IMG/VR virus record: IMGVR_UViG_3300021364_000012
Span: 1-64,000 of that record
Length of the DNA stretch: 64,000 bases
Origin: a virus
Reading direction: 5' to 3' (one strand)
The stretch's first letter is position 1. Each line of letters starts with the position of its first letter. The notes beneath the pieces are model-generated. The model was not told the DNA's origin, did no database searches, and saw only the letters and a list, made by a program, of their open reading frames with translations. This document shows, piece by piece, positions 16,770 through 26,676 of this stretch. The position numbers were made by a program, and so were the translations under genes.

Positions 16770-19700
16770 TGGGAACACAGGCTTGTAATAAACCTCTACA
16801 AGAAGACCTGTTGGGTCTTCGGGGTCTCTTACAACTGAAAGACCTGTGTAAGAATCAATGATCTGCTCTTTCACAAGGTCTTTAAAGAGCATATTGACTC
16901 TACCCTCAATCTGACCAATCACAGAAGATAGGTATTTCTGACCAATATAACCTTCAAGAAGGTTTCTTGCTCTGAGATGTACCTCATCTGCAATCTGCAC
17001 TACGGTAGGAACCTTGGTCAAGGTAGAGCTAACATCCGTAGTCAAACCATGTCTGATCTTCAGATTATTTCCTGCGGGGACAAGAACACTCACACCTGAG
17101 TTCGCCACTTGATTAGCATCTACAGCATCAAGAGTTCTCAAGAGAGAATCGAAGCCAACAACAAGACGGTTTGTCCAAGGAGTCGCCGCATCAATTGTCG
17201 AAGAAGTTGTCGCACAAGCCACTGCAACTGCGAGGTATCTTCCGTCTACAATCAAATTCTGAGAAACACCCTGTGTGTTGGTGAAAGTCAAGCTCAAGAT
17301 GTCAGGGTAAACAAGACGAACTCTTGAGTTATTTGTCACACTAGCAAGATGACTTGCTCTCTCAGGTAAAGTGCCTGCACTCATACCCAAAATAGCAGTA
17401 CGCTCTGATCTAAATCTGAGACTAGACTGAACATCGCAGTGCTTAGAAATCTCAGAAAGAATAACCTCGTCAGCAGGTACAAGCGGAACGATAATGTTCG
17501 GCTGAATCGCATTCTGAACAATATCACCTTCAACATCTGCAAGAGCGTTAGCTACTTGAAGTGAAGTTAGGCTTGTCGCACCCTCCTCAAGAGGAACCTG
17601 ATGCAAGGCAACAGCGTTAGCTCCATTTAAGAATGCAAGGTAAGCACCCAAAGAAAGAGGATTCTCTGCACCTACTTCACCGAACGCAGAAACAACATCT
17701 GAAAGACGAGTGAACACACTTGTACCAAACACAGATTTCTTACGAACAAGGTTCATATAATAAAGAGTGCCGATAGAAGGTTCACTACCACTCTTATTAA
17801 ACGTCTCAACAATCGCAGTGTCACCACTTGCAGTCCCTAGCGTATTGCTTACGAAAAGCTGAACACCTGGAACCACATTAACAGGGATGTTTGCGTTTGC
17901 AGTTAATGTCTTGGAGACCTTGAAAGTAAGAGTCGCATTAGCCCCTGTAGGATAAGGTTGCTCTCCGTCTCTAGGCAGAAGCGTGAAGGTGAAGCCTGTC
18001 ACACTGTCCACATAAGTTTGACCAATAACACCGTCTGCACCCACTCCTGCATTAAGAGTAGAAGTATTGGCAGAGCCTGTTCCGTTAGAAACAGAAGATA
18101 CTACAAAGAACCCTTGATAAGGAGCTTCACCTACAGCACCATCTGCGGTAGTGATCTTCAGTCCATTCCCAACGGTAGTGATCGCATTTCCACCTGTAAA
18201 GTTAATTACAGATTGAACTCCGCCTCTCAACTGCTCGAAAGAAACAAACTCTGAGCCTGCTTCATTTCTTGTAACGTAAGAAATACCATGTGCTCTGTAT
18301 TTATCCGCTTCCACACCGTCAAGCATAGCCCAAGCAAAATCAGTCGCAACACTATAGTTGTTGTTGAGAGCTGAAGAAACTGCACTTGCAGAAACAAGAC
18401 GAGGCGTGAAAATCTGACCCTCTGAAAGACCGAAGACAGAGTTCGCACTACCATCGAGAACTTCAATGAAAGAGTCTACAGTCTCAAGAGTATCTACAAT
18501 ACGAAGACGTACACCCTCTCTCTTCAGAGAAACATTAGCCAAGCCCCCTAGAGCGGTGTGGATGTCACCATTGATGCTTGTGACTTCCCCATTCGCAGAA
18601 CCTAAGAAAGTTATTTCTTGTGCTACACCTGAAATGTTTAATCTTAAAACATTGTTAGCTGGGAAATCTCCGCTACCGTCATAGAATTTAACCGCAGGGT
18701 CTGTGTCCACTTGAAGACCTTGCCAAGAAGAGCGAAGTACAAGAGATGCAGGCTCAACTACAGATTGTCTCGCTGACTTAGTGAACCCAAGCTGTAGTCC
18801 GAGCTTCGGAAGAATATCTCCACCAACAACCTCAATACCAAGATCAACAGGTGGGAAATAGTTGTCTCCAATAAGAGTTCTGCTTCTCAGTAAGATACGA
18901 GCCTTAGCAGTGTTAGTACCATCGCTATCAAGAGAAATAGTAATGTCTTCTGCAATAGGGAGAATACCCCACTTAGTCTGAGTCCCATTTGACGCCACAT
19001 CGGTGTCAATACCTGCAATAGAAGCAAAATCGGTTATGGCAACACCTTGTGCAACAAACTCAAGATACCCAAAAGTATCTGCATCAGCTACGGTATTCAT
19101 TCTGAATACAAGACGACCATCCTCTACTACGCAGTCTACGTCCAACCCTGCGGTAGCATTCGCATCAAGTTGATCGAGTTCTGTAGAAATAGCCGTTGCC
19201 AACTCATCTGGAGTATAATCATCAGCAGGTACGGTAATCGTAAATTCAGTCGCCGCTACAGTATCACCTACATAATTCAACTTAATCTTATCGTATGAAC
19301 CTGCAACAACAGTCAAGTTGCCGATTGGAGACATACAATGATACTTTGCACCTGTTAAACTCGAAGAAGCATTTAAAGCTGCTACGATGTGAGATGCTTT
19401 TGCATTTGCTTGCCCTAGAATAGACGAAGAAATAGCGACCCCATCTATTTCTAACTCAACAGCTCCAGTTAAAGTGCCAAGATGAGAATTATCTGAAGCG
19501 GCGGTGTAAGGGAGAGGCTCACTCACTAAGGTAGTAAAGAAACCCTTTTGAGCAAGACCTGTTGGGTTGCTCAAGTCTACAGTCTTTGACTTATCTGCAC
19601 TCGTACCAAGATCAACTCTAATTGTATCTGAGTGTGAGTCTACAATACGATAAGGAGCAGAACCATGAGAAGTGAATACCGCAGGGGTTGCTTCAAAGCT

Positions 19701-21488
19701 CTCAATCTGAACAGTCACAGTCTCTTCTACAGGAGAGCCACCTTCGACTCTTGCGTCAGAAATAGCCTCTGAGCCTGAAGGGAAAGAAAGGAACGTAGTC
19801 GTTAAATCTGAGCCTTTCCCTGTAAATCTAGGTGCAAAAAGACTCTTACCGCTATTAGAAATAGTGTAAGTGCCTTCTGTGCTACCACCAACAGAAACTA
19901 CAGAGAGAGTATAACCTTCACCCGCAAGAGAAATCTCATCTTGGATGTTGTTGTAGTAGAAAGTAGCAAAGACTTTCTGACCAACAGGTACAGGAGTCTC
20001 CAAAACAATAGTGGAGTCCGAAGGATTAACTCTTACTACTCTAACAGGCTCTTTGTCGAGAGCGTCTGAAAGACTCACACCGACTCTAGCAGTAATAAGG
20101 TTAGGGTTGGAAGTTGCAAGACCTCTACCCGAACCATCAGTAGCTTGATGTGGGAGCTTGAAAGAAATAGCAGAAGTAGAAGTATCTACTACAGAAGAAC
20201 ACTCCATTAAGAATGCTCTTTCGTCTCTCAATACAGGGTTAATCTGATTAGAGCCAAAAGAGACATCACCAATCTGACCTGCACCTGCTGATGCAAGTGC
20301 AGAAGTCCCCCAATAGATTTTATCATCTCTGAGAACCCAATCAACACCTTCTAAGAAGTTAGAAGAAGAGCCACCACCTCCTGGAACCAAGGAAACGAGA
20401 CCAAGAGAAACCACGTCTCTACTAGGAACGTAGTCAAAAGAATCTCTGAAAGTATTGTGGTGGTAGCTTATTTCTACGCTAGAACCTACAAGCGGTGCAG
20501 AAGGAAGAACTATAGCACCTGTTGCCCCATCGACAGATGAAGGCACAACTGCCACTCCGTCAACTAATACGGTAACGTCCGAAACGTCTGTGGTTACAAT
20601 ACCACCATTCGTACCATCAACAAGTGGTGTGTTGTGGGTATAGAAAGTACTATTTCTTGAAGAACCTGTCTGACCTTCAACCACGCCAAGAGACGAGTTT
20701 GCAGAGCCAGAACCGATCAAGATAGAACCTTTTGCAGAGAACTTAAGATTCTTAGAGCCTTCTTGGTCTGTATAAGAAGTAACTGTAAGAGAACCTAAGC
20801 TCTGTGCGTCAAATCGAGATACGATAACATCAACATGGTCATCTCTTGTAGTACCTTCACCCTTTAGAGGAAGAGTCACTACATAAGAAGCACCATCTAC
20901 AGACACCATGAAAGTACGGCTCTCAGGCCCAATCGCCATATCACCCTGCCCCCCAAACAAATCAGAGTTTGTTGGGGTTACTTGAGATGAAAGGTCTTCG
21001 AGACTTACAGAAGTATCTTCACGATTGAAGAAATAACTGATTCTAACATCGTCACCAAGGCTAGGAGCTTCAGAAAGAGTGACTACACCTAGCCCACCAT
21101 CTACAGAAAGAACTACAACAAGGTTTCCATTGATTGTAGCTGTAACCGAGCTAGGAGAAAGTGTAGTAGTCCCTGTGCCATCTCCCGTAACTAATGGGAA
21201 ATGACGTGCTCGTACTTGCTGAGAAGTCCCGTCAAAATCCCCTAAGATCAGGGAGCCGTCAGGGTTAGTGCCAAATACCGCACGACCTGTAGCATCCTCC
21301 TCTACCATAGTCTGATCTACAGTAGAAGAAGAGCCTCTAACCAAGCTGACTCCCTCAACAGAAAAAGTCTCTTTGCCTGATCCAATCAAAAGAGGGACTC
21401 GACCTACGACGCCTGCTGTGACGGTAGGACTCTCAAAAACAGATTCAGTGTAAACTCCGGGAGGAGCGTATCCACCTCTAATAGCCAT
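16725..21488 (-). CDS. Contractile tail sheath protein with large insertions
   Basis: N-terminal 'YAPPGVYTE'; C-terminal sheath domain 'IRHGLTTD...DPTGLLVEVYYKPVFPLLYI'. Confidence 0.92.
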   Translation of the reverse strand: MAIRGGYAPPGVYTESVFESPTVTAGVVGRVPLLIGSGKETFSVEGVSLVRGSSSTVDQTMVEEDATGRAVFGTNPDGSLILGDFDGTSQQVRARHFPLVTGDGTGTTTLSPSSVTATINGNLVVVLSVDGGLGVVTLSEAPSLGDDVRISYFFNREDTSVSLEDLSSQVTPTNSDLFGGQGDMAIGPESRTFMVSVDGASYVVTLPLKGEGTTRDDHVDVIVSRFDAQSLGSLTVTSYTDQEGSKNLKFSAKGSILIGSGSANSSLGVVEGQTGSSRNSTFYTHNTPLVDGTNGGIVTTDVSDVTVLVDGVAVVPSSVDGATGAIVLPSAPLVGSSVEISYHHNTFRDSFDYVPSRDVVSLGLVSLVPGGGGSSSNFLEGVDWVLRDDKIYWGTSALASAGAGQIGDVSFGSNQINPVLRDERAFLMECSSVVDTSTSAISFKLPHQATDGSGRGLATSNPNLITARVGVSLSDALDKEPVRVVRVNPSDSTIVLETPVPVGQKVFATFYYNNIQDEISLAGEGYTLSVVSVGGSTEGTYTISNSGKSLFAPRFTGKGSDLTTTFLSFPSGSEAISDARVEGGSPVEETVTVQIESFEATPAVFTSHGSAPYRIVDSHSDTIRVDLGTSADKSKTVDLSNPTGLAQKGFFTTLVSEPLPYTAASDNSHLGTLTGAVELEIDGVAISSSILGQANAKASHIVAALNASSSLTGAKYHCMSPIGNLTVVAGSYDKIKLNYVGDTVAATEFTITVPADDYTPDELATAISTELDQLDANATAGLDVDCVVEDGRLVFRMNTVADADTFGYLEFVAQGVAITDFASIAGIDTDVASNGTQTKWGILPIAEDITISLDSDGTNTAKARILLRSRTLIGDNYFPPVDLGIEVVGGDILPKLGLQLGFTKSARQSVVEPASLVLRSSWQGLQVDTDPAVKFYDGSGDFPANNVLRLNISGVAQEITFLGSANGEVTSINGDIHTALGGLANVSLKREGVRLRIVDTLETVDSFIEVLDGSANSVFGLSEGQIFTPRLVSASAVSSALNNNYSVATDFAWAMLDGVEADKYRAHGISYVTRNEAGSEFVSFEQLRGGVQSVINFTGGNAITTVGNGLKITTADGAVGEAPYQGFFVVSSVSNGTGSANTSTLNAGVGADGVIGQTYVDSVTGFTFTLLPRDGEQPYPTGANATLTFKVSKTLTANANIPVNVVPGVQLFVSNTLGTASGDTAIVETFNKSGSEPSIGTLYYMNLVRKKSVFGTSVFTRLSDVVSAFGEVGAENPLSLGAYLAFLNGANAVALHQVPLEEGATSLTSLQVANALADVEGDIVQNAIQPNIIVPLVPADEVILSEISKHCDVQSSLRFRSERTAILGMSAGTLPERASHLASVTNNSRVRLVYPDILSLTFTNTQGVSQNLIVDGRYLAVAVACATTSSTIDAATPWTNRLVVGFDSLLRTLDAVDANQVANSGVSVLVPAGNNLKIRHGLTTDVSSTLTKVPTVVQIADEVHLRARNLLEGYIGQKYLSSVIGQIEGRVNMLFKDLVKEQIIDSYTGLSVVRDPEDPTGLLVEVYYKPVFPLLYIQFTFNIRSSI

Positions 21489-21490
21489 AG

Positions 21491-21922
21491 TTATTTCTCC
21501 TTGGTTTCTATGTTATTCTGAGCCTTAATATTGTCCATAGCAGAAATCCTGCTAGTACGCATTTTAGAACTTACTTCAGGAATGGAGTCATACGAACCAT
21601 CTTCCATTCTTACGATCTCTTTACCTGTGACATTATTTCTATTGATAATGTCCCATTTATCTCTTCTTCTTTGATAGATCGTTTCCCATTTTTGACGTGC
21701 GTCTTCTCCGATAACTCGATCAAAATCTAAATCGAAGGACTCTATCCCTGTTTCTTGTGTCTTCATCGTTTTATTAACAGTAGATACGAAACCTACAGAC
21801 AACGAAGAACCTTCTGCCACAGCTTTTTCCCCACAGTCGCAAGTAACGCTGTGTGTTTCTTTTGAAGTTCGTCTTCTAAGACTTAAACCACAAACTTGGC
21901 ATTGGAATTTCTTCAAGGGCAT
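21491..21922 (-). CDS. FmdB-like zinc-ribbon protein immediately upstream of the sheath
   Basis: MPLKKFQCQVCG...CDCG; start at ATG 21922. Confidence 0.7.
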   Translation of the reverse strand: MPLKKFQCQVCGLSLRRRTSKETHSVTCDCGEKAVAEGSSLSVGFVSTVNKTMKTQETGIESFDLDFDRVIGEDARQKWETIYQRRRDKWDIINRNNVTGKEIVRMEDGSYDSIPEVSSKMRTSRISAMDNIKAQNNIETKEK

Positions 21923-21962
21923 AAAAGTATTCTTTCTCCACACGACCAATAAAACAAACTAC

Positions 21963-21974
21963 ATAGAAAAACTA
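21963..21974 (-). promoter_or_regulatory. Candidate late promoter TAGTTTTTCTAT (second copy at 21949-21961)
   Basis: Motif match upstream of the sheath operon. Confidence 0.5.
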
Positions 21975-23072
21975 TAAGAGACGCTGTATCAAACTTCTAT
22001 TTCCTAAGCCCACCACAGGCTTCTCTAACGTATCTAGCTGAATGCCTTGCCTAGAGATACTCTGAATCGGCGTCACTAAAGGATAATGAAGAAACCAATC
22101 TGTTTGTAACGTAAAAGAAATAGATGCGGTATAGAAATAATCGTCACCATTATCATCATACACCTCTTCGGCTTCGCCACCGAGAGACACGTCTGAAAGT
22201 TCGATCCCCATCGTAGCCAACCGAGGTCTAAGAGTAGACCAAATCCAAACAGCAGTATTATCCGCAATATCTGCTTGGCTGTGTACATCTCTAGCGATCA
22301 TATCCAAGTCTACGCTCACATCCCACCTCCCACCATATTCATGGGCTACCTCTTCCCTTTCCTCCGTCACTATAATCGCCATTTCATCTCCACCTCTAAG
22401 TCTACGACCAAAGACAATATTAACACCCTCAACGATTTCCCTATAAGCCATAGCAGGGCGTACCTTAAAAGGACCTGTCTGTTCTTTTTTTGAGGTGTAA
22501 AGAACCTTGTAGCTCAAAACTTTAGATGGCTCTTCGAGAAGAGTAACTTTATCCTCCTCAAGAATATACTCTGAAAGACCAAGCGATCTACCTGAAGGAT
22601 ACTCAACCACTCTCAAACTGTCTTCTATGGGAAGATCAGAAAGCATTATTTCTGTTTTAGAAATAAAAGTAGGAGAAGACTCTACATTCCTAACATATTT
22701 CTGAACATATACGTCATGTTCTCGGACACTAGGGTCTGTGTGATCGGGTTCATAAACAGAAATAATATAAACACCCGGCTCTCTAGGTTTGAATGTGTCC
22801 TCTCGCACCCACTCTATAGAGCCATATGTTTTGTCGGGAACTTTAGCTAAAGAAACAAAACCTTCCACTGTAGCAATAAAATTGTTTGGGCTGAGAACAA
22901 CATTGCTCGCTCCGCTAGTCTTTACAACCATCCCAAACTGAGGACGCTCTTCAAAAGAATATTTCCCCTGTATATTCTTAGCGAAATCCTCATATCTAGG
23001 ATGGTCTGACCAATACGCCCTAAGTTCTCTTATAATACGATCTCTTACTGCAAGTGAAAGGTGGTGGTACAT
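21972..23072 (-). CDS. Putative tail terminator/neck protein
   Basis: Upstream of the sheath; C-terminal alpha/beta domain 'VSVDLDMIARD...YTASISFTLQTDW'. Confidence 0.5.
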   Translation of the reverse strand: MYHHLSLAVRDRIIRELRAYWSDHPRYEDFAKNIQGKYSFEERPQFGMVVKTSGASNVVLSPNNFIATVEGFVSLAKVPDKTYGSIEWVREDTFKPREPGVYIISVYEPDHTDPSVREHDVYVQKYVRNVESSPTFISKTEIMLSDLPIEDSLRVVEYPSGRSLGLSEYILEEDKVTLLEEPSKVLSYKVLYTSKKEQTGPFKVRPAMAYREIVEGVNIVFGRRLRGGDEMAIIVTEEREEVAHEYGGRWDVSVDLDMIARDVHSQADIADNTAVWIWSTLRPRLATMGIELSDVSLGGEAEEVYDDNGDDYFYTASISFTLQTDWFLHYPLVTPIQSISRQGIQLDTLEKPVVGLGNRSLIQRLL

Positions 23073-23075
23073 ATC

Positions 23076-23285
23076 TTACTCCTCTCTTTTTATGTGCAAT
23101 TCTAAAGTATTATTCTTCATCTTTACATAGATAACACCTTTAAGGTGTTGCTCAGAATAAACTAAGCCCTTCGAGTCTTCGCACAATATCTTTACTGTAT
23201 CGAAGCCTTTTGCATGTTGGCTTTCAACTCCTATGTAAATTACAGGTTGCGTTTCTGTACAAGCTTCTTCGTATTTCTTGGGCAT
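23076..23285 (-). CDS. Hypothetical protein
   Basis: 69 aa ORF with SD AGGAG. Confidence 0.6.
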   Translation of the reverse strand: MPKKYEEACTETQPVIYIGVESQHAKGFDTVKILCEDSKGLVYSEQHLKGVIYVKMKNNTLELHIKREE

Positions 23286-23347
23286 AGCTATTTCTCCTGT
23301 CTCACACGGGAGAAATATATAAAGATTTTAAAAAGAAGCCCTCTATG

Positions 23348-23359
23348 TAGTTTTTTTAT
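23348..23359 (+). promoter_or_regulatory. Candidate late promoter TAGTTTTTTTAT (plus strand)
   Basis: The motif flips orientation together with the downstream plus-strand gene. Confidence 0.55.
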
Positions 23360-23395
23360 AGCTCATAATAGAGGGTAAGAAACACAAAAAAGAAA

Positions 23396-23740
23396 GTGAA
23401 AACCATGAAATCAGTAATTGAAGAACTAGAATCAAGAGTTGCACAGCTAGAAAAACAAGCAAAGGCTGAAAGTGCAGGAGACAAGATAATAAAAGAAACC
23501 AAAAAGGACCTTGAAGAGATGGAAATGTCTCTTAATATGTGGGGGAAAATTATAGAGGGACATTACACAAAAAACAAAGAGGCATATGGGAGTGAAGGTT
23601 CTTCTATGGAACTTTACATAAACACGCTGACAGGTAGAGGCAAAAGAGACATCCAAATGTCGATTATGAAGTTAATCACAGCCTTAACTGCGGTAAAAGA
23701 AGCCTATGACCGCATAGACACGGTTGAGAAAAACAAATAA
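23396..23740 (+). CDS. Hypothetical helical protein with a 'LESRVAQLEKQA' leader (possible head protein)
   Basis: ORF downstream of the motif. Confidence 0.6.
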   Translation: MKTMKSVIEELESRVAQLEKQAKAESAGDKIIKETKKDLEEMEMSLNMWGKIIEGHYTKNKEAYGSEGSSMELYINTLTGRGKRDIQMSIMKLITALTAVKEAYDRIDTVEKNK

Positions 23741-23764
23741 GAAGGACACTCTATTGGCTTCATT

Positions 23765-26674
23765 TTAGGGTGTCACGGCATCTACAAAGATACCTAAAGC
23801 CTTTGCCCAATTCTTACGCTTATATCTCTTGAGACTCACCCAAAAAGGACGATCTGAAACCCATTTGCGTATCTCGCTATTGAGCTTATCCGCACTAACC
23901 TTACGCCTCTTAAATTCTGTGACCTCATCGAGGAGGCGAGAGTAAAACTCAATGTCATCCAAAGCATGAATAGAAATCAGCTCGGAGTCCATACCCTCTC
24001 TCGCATACTGTACTCTTAACTCTTTCTGTTTCTGTTTCATATCCAAACGAAACTTTTTTCCTCTTGTTTGACCTGGTAACCCTGCTTCCTCTATGTTCGC
24101 TTTGTTAGCGTAATGCTGTTGCATGGCGTGGACTAGCTCATGTCCTGCTATCGTTTCCCGATCTTGTAGATACCTGAGAGGGAGTTCAGTCATATTCTTG
24201 AGAACATTAAAGATGATGTGGTGAATACCATCCCAATAATAGTTAGCTGCACCATGTGAGGACTCTTGAAGATGCACTGCGATTAAACCTAGTTCATCAT
24301 CTTCAATGTAGTATCTACCTCCGTCTTTAACCTTGTACTTTGACAGTCGCTCAACCGCTTCTAGGTAATCATCACGCATTATGGCGAGGATGTATTTCTT
24401 ATCCCCTGTTGTCCATTTTTTAAGCTCACGAATTATTTCGATTTGCATGTCTGAGATCGTCCCAATGAGAGCCTTATTCCCTCTTGGGTTATTAAAGATG
24501 CTCTGTGCATCAAGTTGATCTACTTTTGCCTTAAGCTTATAGAAATCAGGGTAGGTAAGATTTGCAGACTTTAACTGATCTGCTATTTCTGAAAACGCAC
24601 GTTGTGCGTTATTTACTTGGAAGATGACCTCTTCCTCATCATGCTCACCTCTTTTGACCCCAAGGGGTAGGTATCCAAGGTCTTCAAGTATCCATTCAAG
24701 ACCCTCAACGGACTCAGCGTTCAGCCCCCCTTTGGAGCTATCCTCTTTTTCCCTTCTAAGCCAGTATTGGGCGAGTAAGCCTTTACCTATTTCTGATACT
24801 TGGTCGATGAGATGTTGTGGGGGTCTGATTAATCCTGCTTTTCTTAAAGGAGAGCCGTTGTTCTCAAAACCACTGTCATAAGGTATGACTCTAGCAGAAC
24901 CGCTACCACTATCATGCACATAACCTAAATCTAAGTTATTAGCGGGCTTTCTGCCATTAGCCTCTGACTTGTCAAGATTACGATACTTCAAGTTCGGAGA
25001 GTCGGGGGAAGGTCTGCCAATATTTCTAGCAGTGTCTCCATTCGGTAAAGAGCTTCTGTTTTTACCTTTAGGATTCTCTGAATCTCCGACAGGAGTCCCT
25101 GTCGTAAAGCTAGAAAGAGAGTCGGGTGGCGAGACTTCCCTATAGAACTCAGCTCTCTTATTGATTTTACTATTTCTCTCATAGAGCCGTTTAGCTAGTA
25201 GAACACCTGCCTCATTATCTGAATAATAATGGACTCCACGATCTATCCGAGACTGTGCCACCATATTTGCCACCTCTAATAACTCTCGCCTTAAAGAGGG
25301 GTATTTCTCAGATAGCAAATAAGCAACATAATACGCCTGTGTCGTATGTCCACTAGGATATGAAGGAGTCTGTGCTGACTCTAAGTAGTCAAACTTAAAG
25401 TCAAAACCGTACATTTGTGCGAGCACGTTTGGTCGAACGACGTTGAAATAGTTTTTATGGGAATAAATAATATCTGATATTTCTTCCATAGTATTTCTAA
25501 TAGTAACAGCGTCCTCTGAAATACCATATTCACTTAAAAGAGAAGAAAAAAGATACTCTGATTTCTGATCTAAAAAGTAACGGAGACTCTCGGAGTTATA
25601 TTTATTCTCATATTGATGAGAGATTAAAGGCAACTCACTGAGTAAATACTCATAAGTAGGTGGGCTAGGGATCAAAATCTCAGTAAGATTCGCCTTCTTC
25701 TTCTTGATCTCTTTAGCCTCCTCACTAAAAGTCGGAGTGTTAACAGGCTTTTGCCCACGATGTTTAGCCTCTTCCCTCCTCTTATTCTTAGCAAGCTCTG
25801 CCCTTTCTTCTTTGGGCATCCCGTATGCTTTTTCTCTTGGCATACATTTGAGGGGTTTCTTTCCGTTGCTTGTAACAGTAGCCCATTCTTTCGTACTAGA
25901 CACGCCGCATGGGCCAACAATGTCACCTGGTTCATACTCTTTCTCGTCTCCGTCTTTTTTCTTAACAGTGTGTTTGATTGGAGTGATAGCGATCCAATCC
26001 CCCCAAGTAGCTCGCTCATCGGGTTTACCACCACCATGCCCCGAGAACCAAGTATCTAAGCCACCATGCCCCGTATTTTTCATTTTAGAGTCATCTCGCT
26101 TCGACACCTTCAAGTATCGAGAAACAATTTTAGTACCCATATCTTGACTCTTAGAGCCTGTTTTGCCCCCATAGCAGTCAACATATGGACGACAAGAAGC
26201 CTTCTCTGAGAACCCCATGTCCTCACAACTCTTAGACTCACAATGCTCTCTATCCCACTTACGAGGCATCTTGTACGAGGTGTCTTTCCCCGAAGAGTTC
26301 TTTCTCAGAGAAGGATTTCTGAGCATGGTATCTCTTGTCCTGAAATCCTTGTTCCTACCCTTGTTAGGCTTGAACCCAAATCTCCTATAAAATTTAGTCA
26401 AACGAGACACCGAACTAGCACCAAAGTCTGTGGAGGGAGAAAGAGATAACATAACCCCATTATCATCTGCCCAAGAGATAATCTGAGACATAACCTCTGA
26501 GCCTAAGCCTCGTTTTCGGTTTTCAGAGGGAATCTGAACTGTCATGATCCTGACGATAGGGGCGTGATATTCATCGCCACTCGATAGGAAAGAAGTCCAT
26601 AAGACAAGACCCTGATATTGGCTCTCTAAGTTACCTTCTAGTGTCTTTAGCGATTGCTCTAAAGTAGGCGACAT
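23765..26674 (-). CDS. Multidomain protein: GNAT-like + Cys peptide + DUF5872-like half + PAP2 phosphatase + HExxH metallopeptidase-like domain
   Basis: 'RKRGLGS...FYRRFGF' (GNAT); 'VRP...TPSYPSGH...SRI.RGVHY.SD' (PAP2); 'GHELVHAMQ'. Confidence 0.75.
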   Translation of the reverse strand: MSPTLEQSLKTLEGNLESQYQGLVLWTSFLSSGDEYHAPIVRIMTVQIPSENRKRGLGSEVMSQIISWADDNGVMLSLSPSTDFGASSVSRLTKFYRRFGFKPNKGRNKDFRTRDTMLRNPSLRKNSSGKDTSYKMPRKWDREHCESKSCEDMGFSEKASCRPYVDCYGGKTGSKSQDMGTKIVSRYLKVSKRDDSKMKNTGHGGLDTWFSGHGGGKPDERATWGDWIAITPIKHTVKKKDGDEKEYEPGDIVGPCGVSSTKEWATVTSNGKKPLKCMPREKAYGMPKEERAELAKNKRREEAKHRGQKPVNTPTFSEEAKEIKKKKANLTEILIPSPPTYEYLLSELPLISHQYENKYNSESLRYFLDQKSEYLFSSLLSEYGISEDAVTIRNTMEEISDIIYSHKNYFNVVRPNVLAQMYGFDFKFDYLESAQTPSYPSGHTTQAYYVAYLLSEKYPSLRRELLEVANMVAQSRIDRGVHYYSDNEAGVLLAKRLYERNSKINKRAEFYREVSPPDSLSSFTTGTPVGDSENPKGKNRSSLPNGDTARNIGRPSPDSPNLKYRNLDKSEANGRKPANNLDLGYVHDSGSGSARVIPYDSGFENNGSPLRKAGLIRPPQHLIDQVSEIGKGLLAQYWLRREKEDSSKGGLNAESVEGLEWILEDLGYLPLGVKRGEHDEEEVIFQVNNAQRAFSEIADQLKSANLTYPDFYKLKAKVDQLDAQSIFNNPRGNKALIGTISDMQIEIIRELKKWTTGDKKYILAIMRDDYLEAVERLSKYKVKDGGRYYIEDDELGLIAVHLQESSHGAANYYWDGIHHIIFNVLKNMTELPLRYLQDRETIAGHELVHAMQQHYANKANIEEAGLPGQTRGKKFRLDMKQKQKELRVQYAREGMDSELISIHALDDIEFYSRLLDEVTEFKRRKVSADKLNSEIRKWVSDRPFWVSLKRYKRKNWAKALGIFVDAVTP

Positions 26675-26676
26675 GA

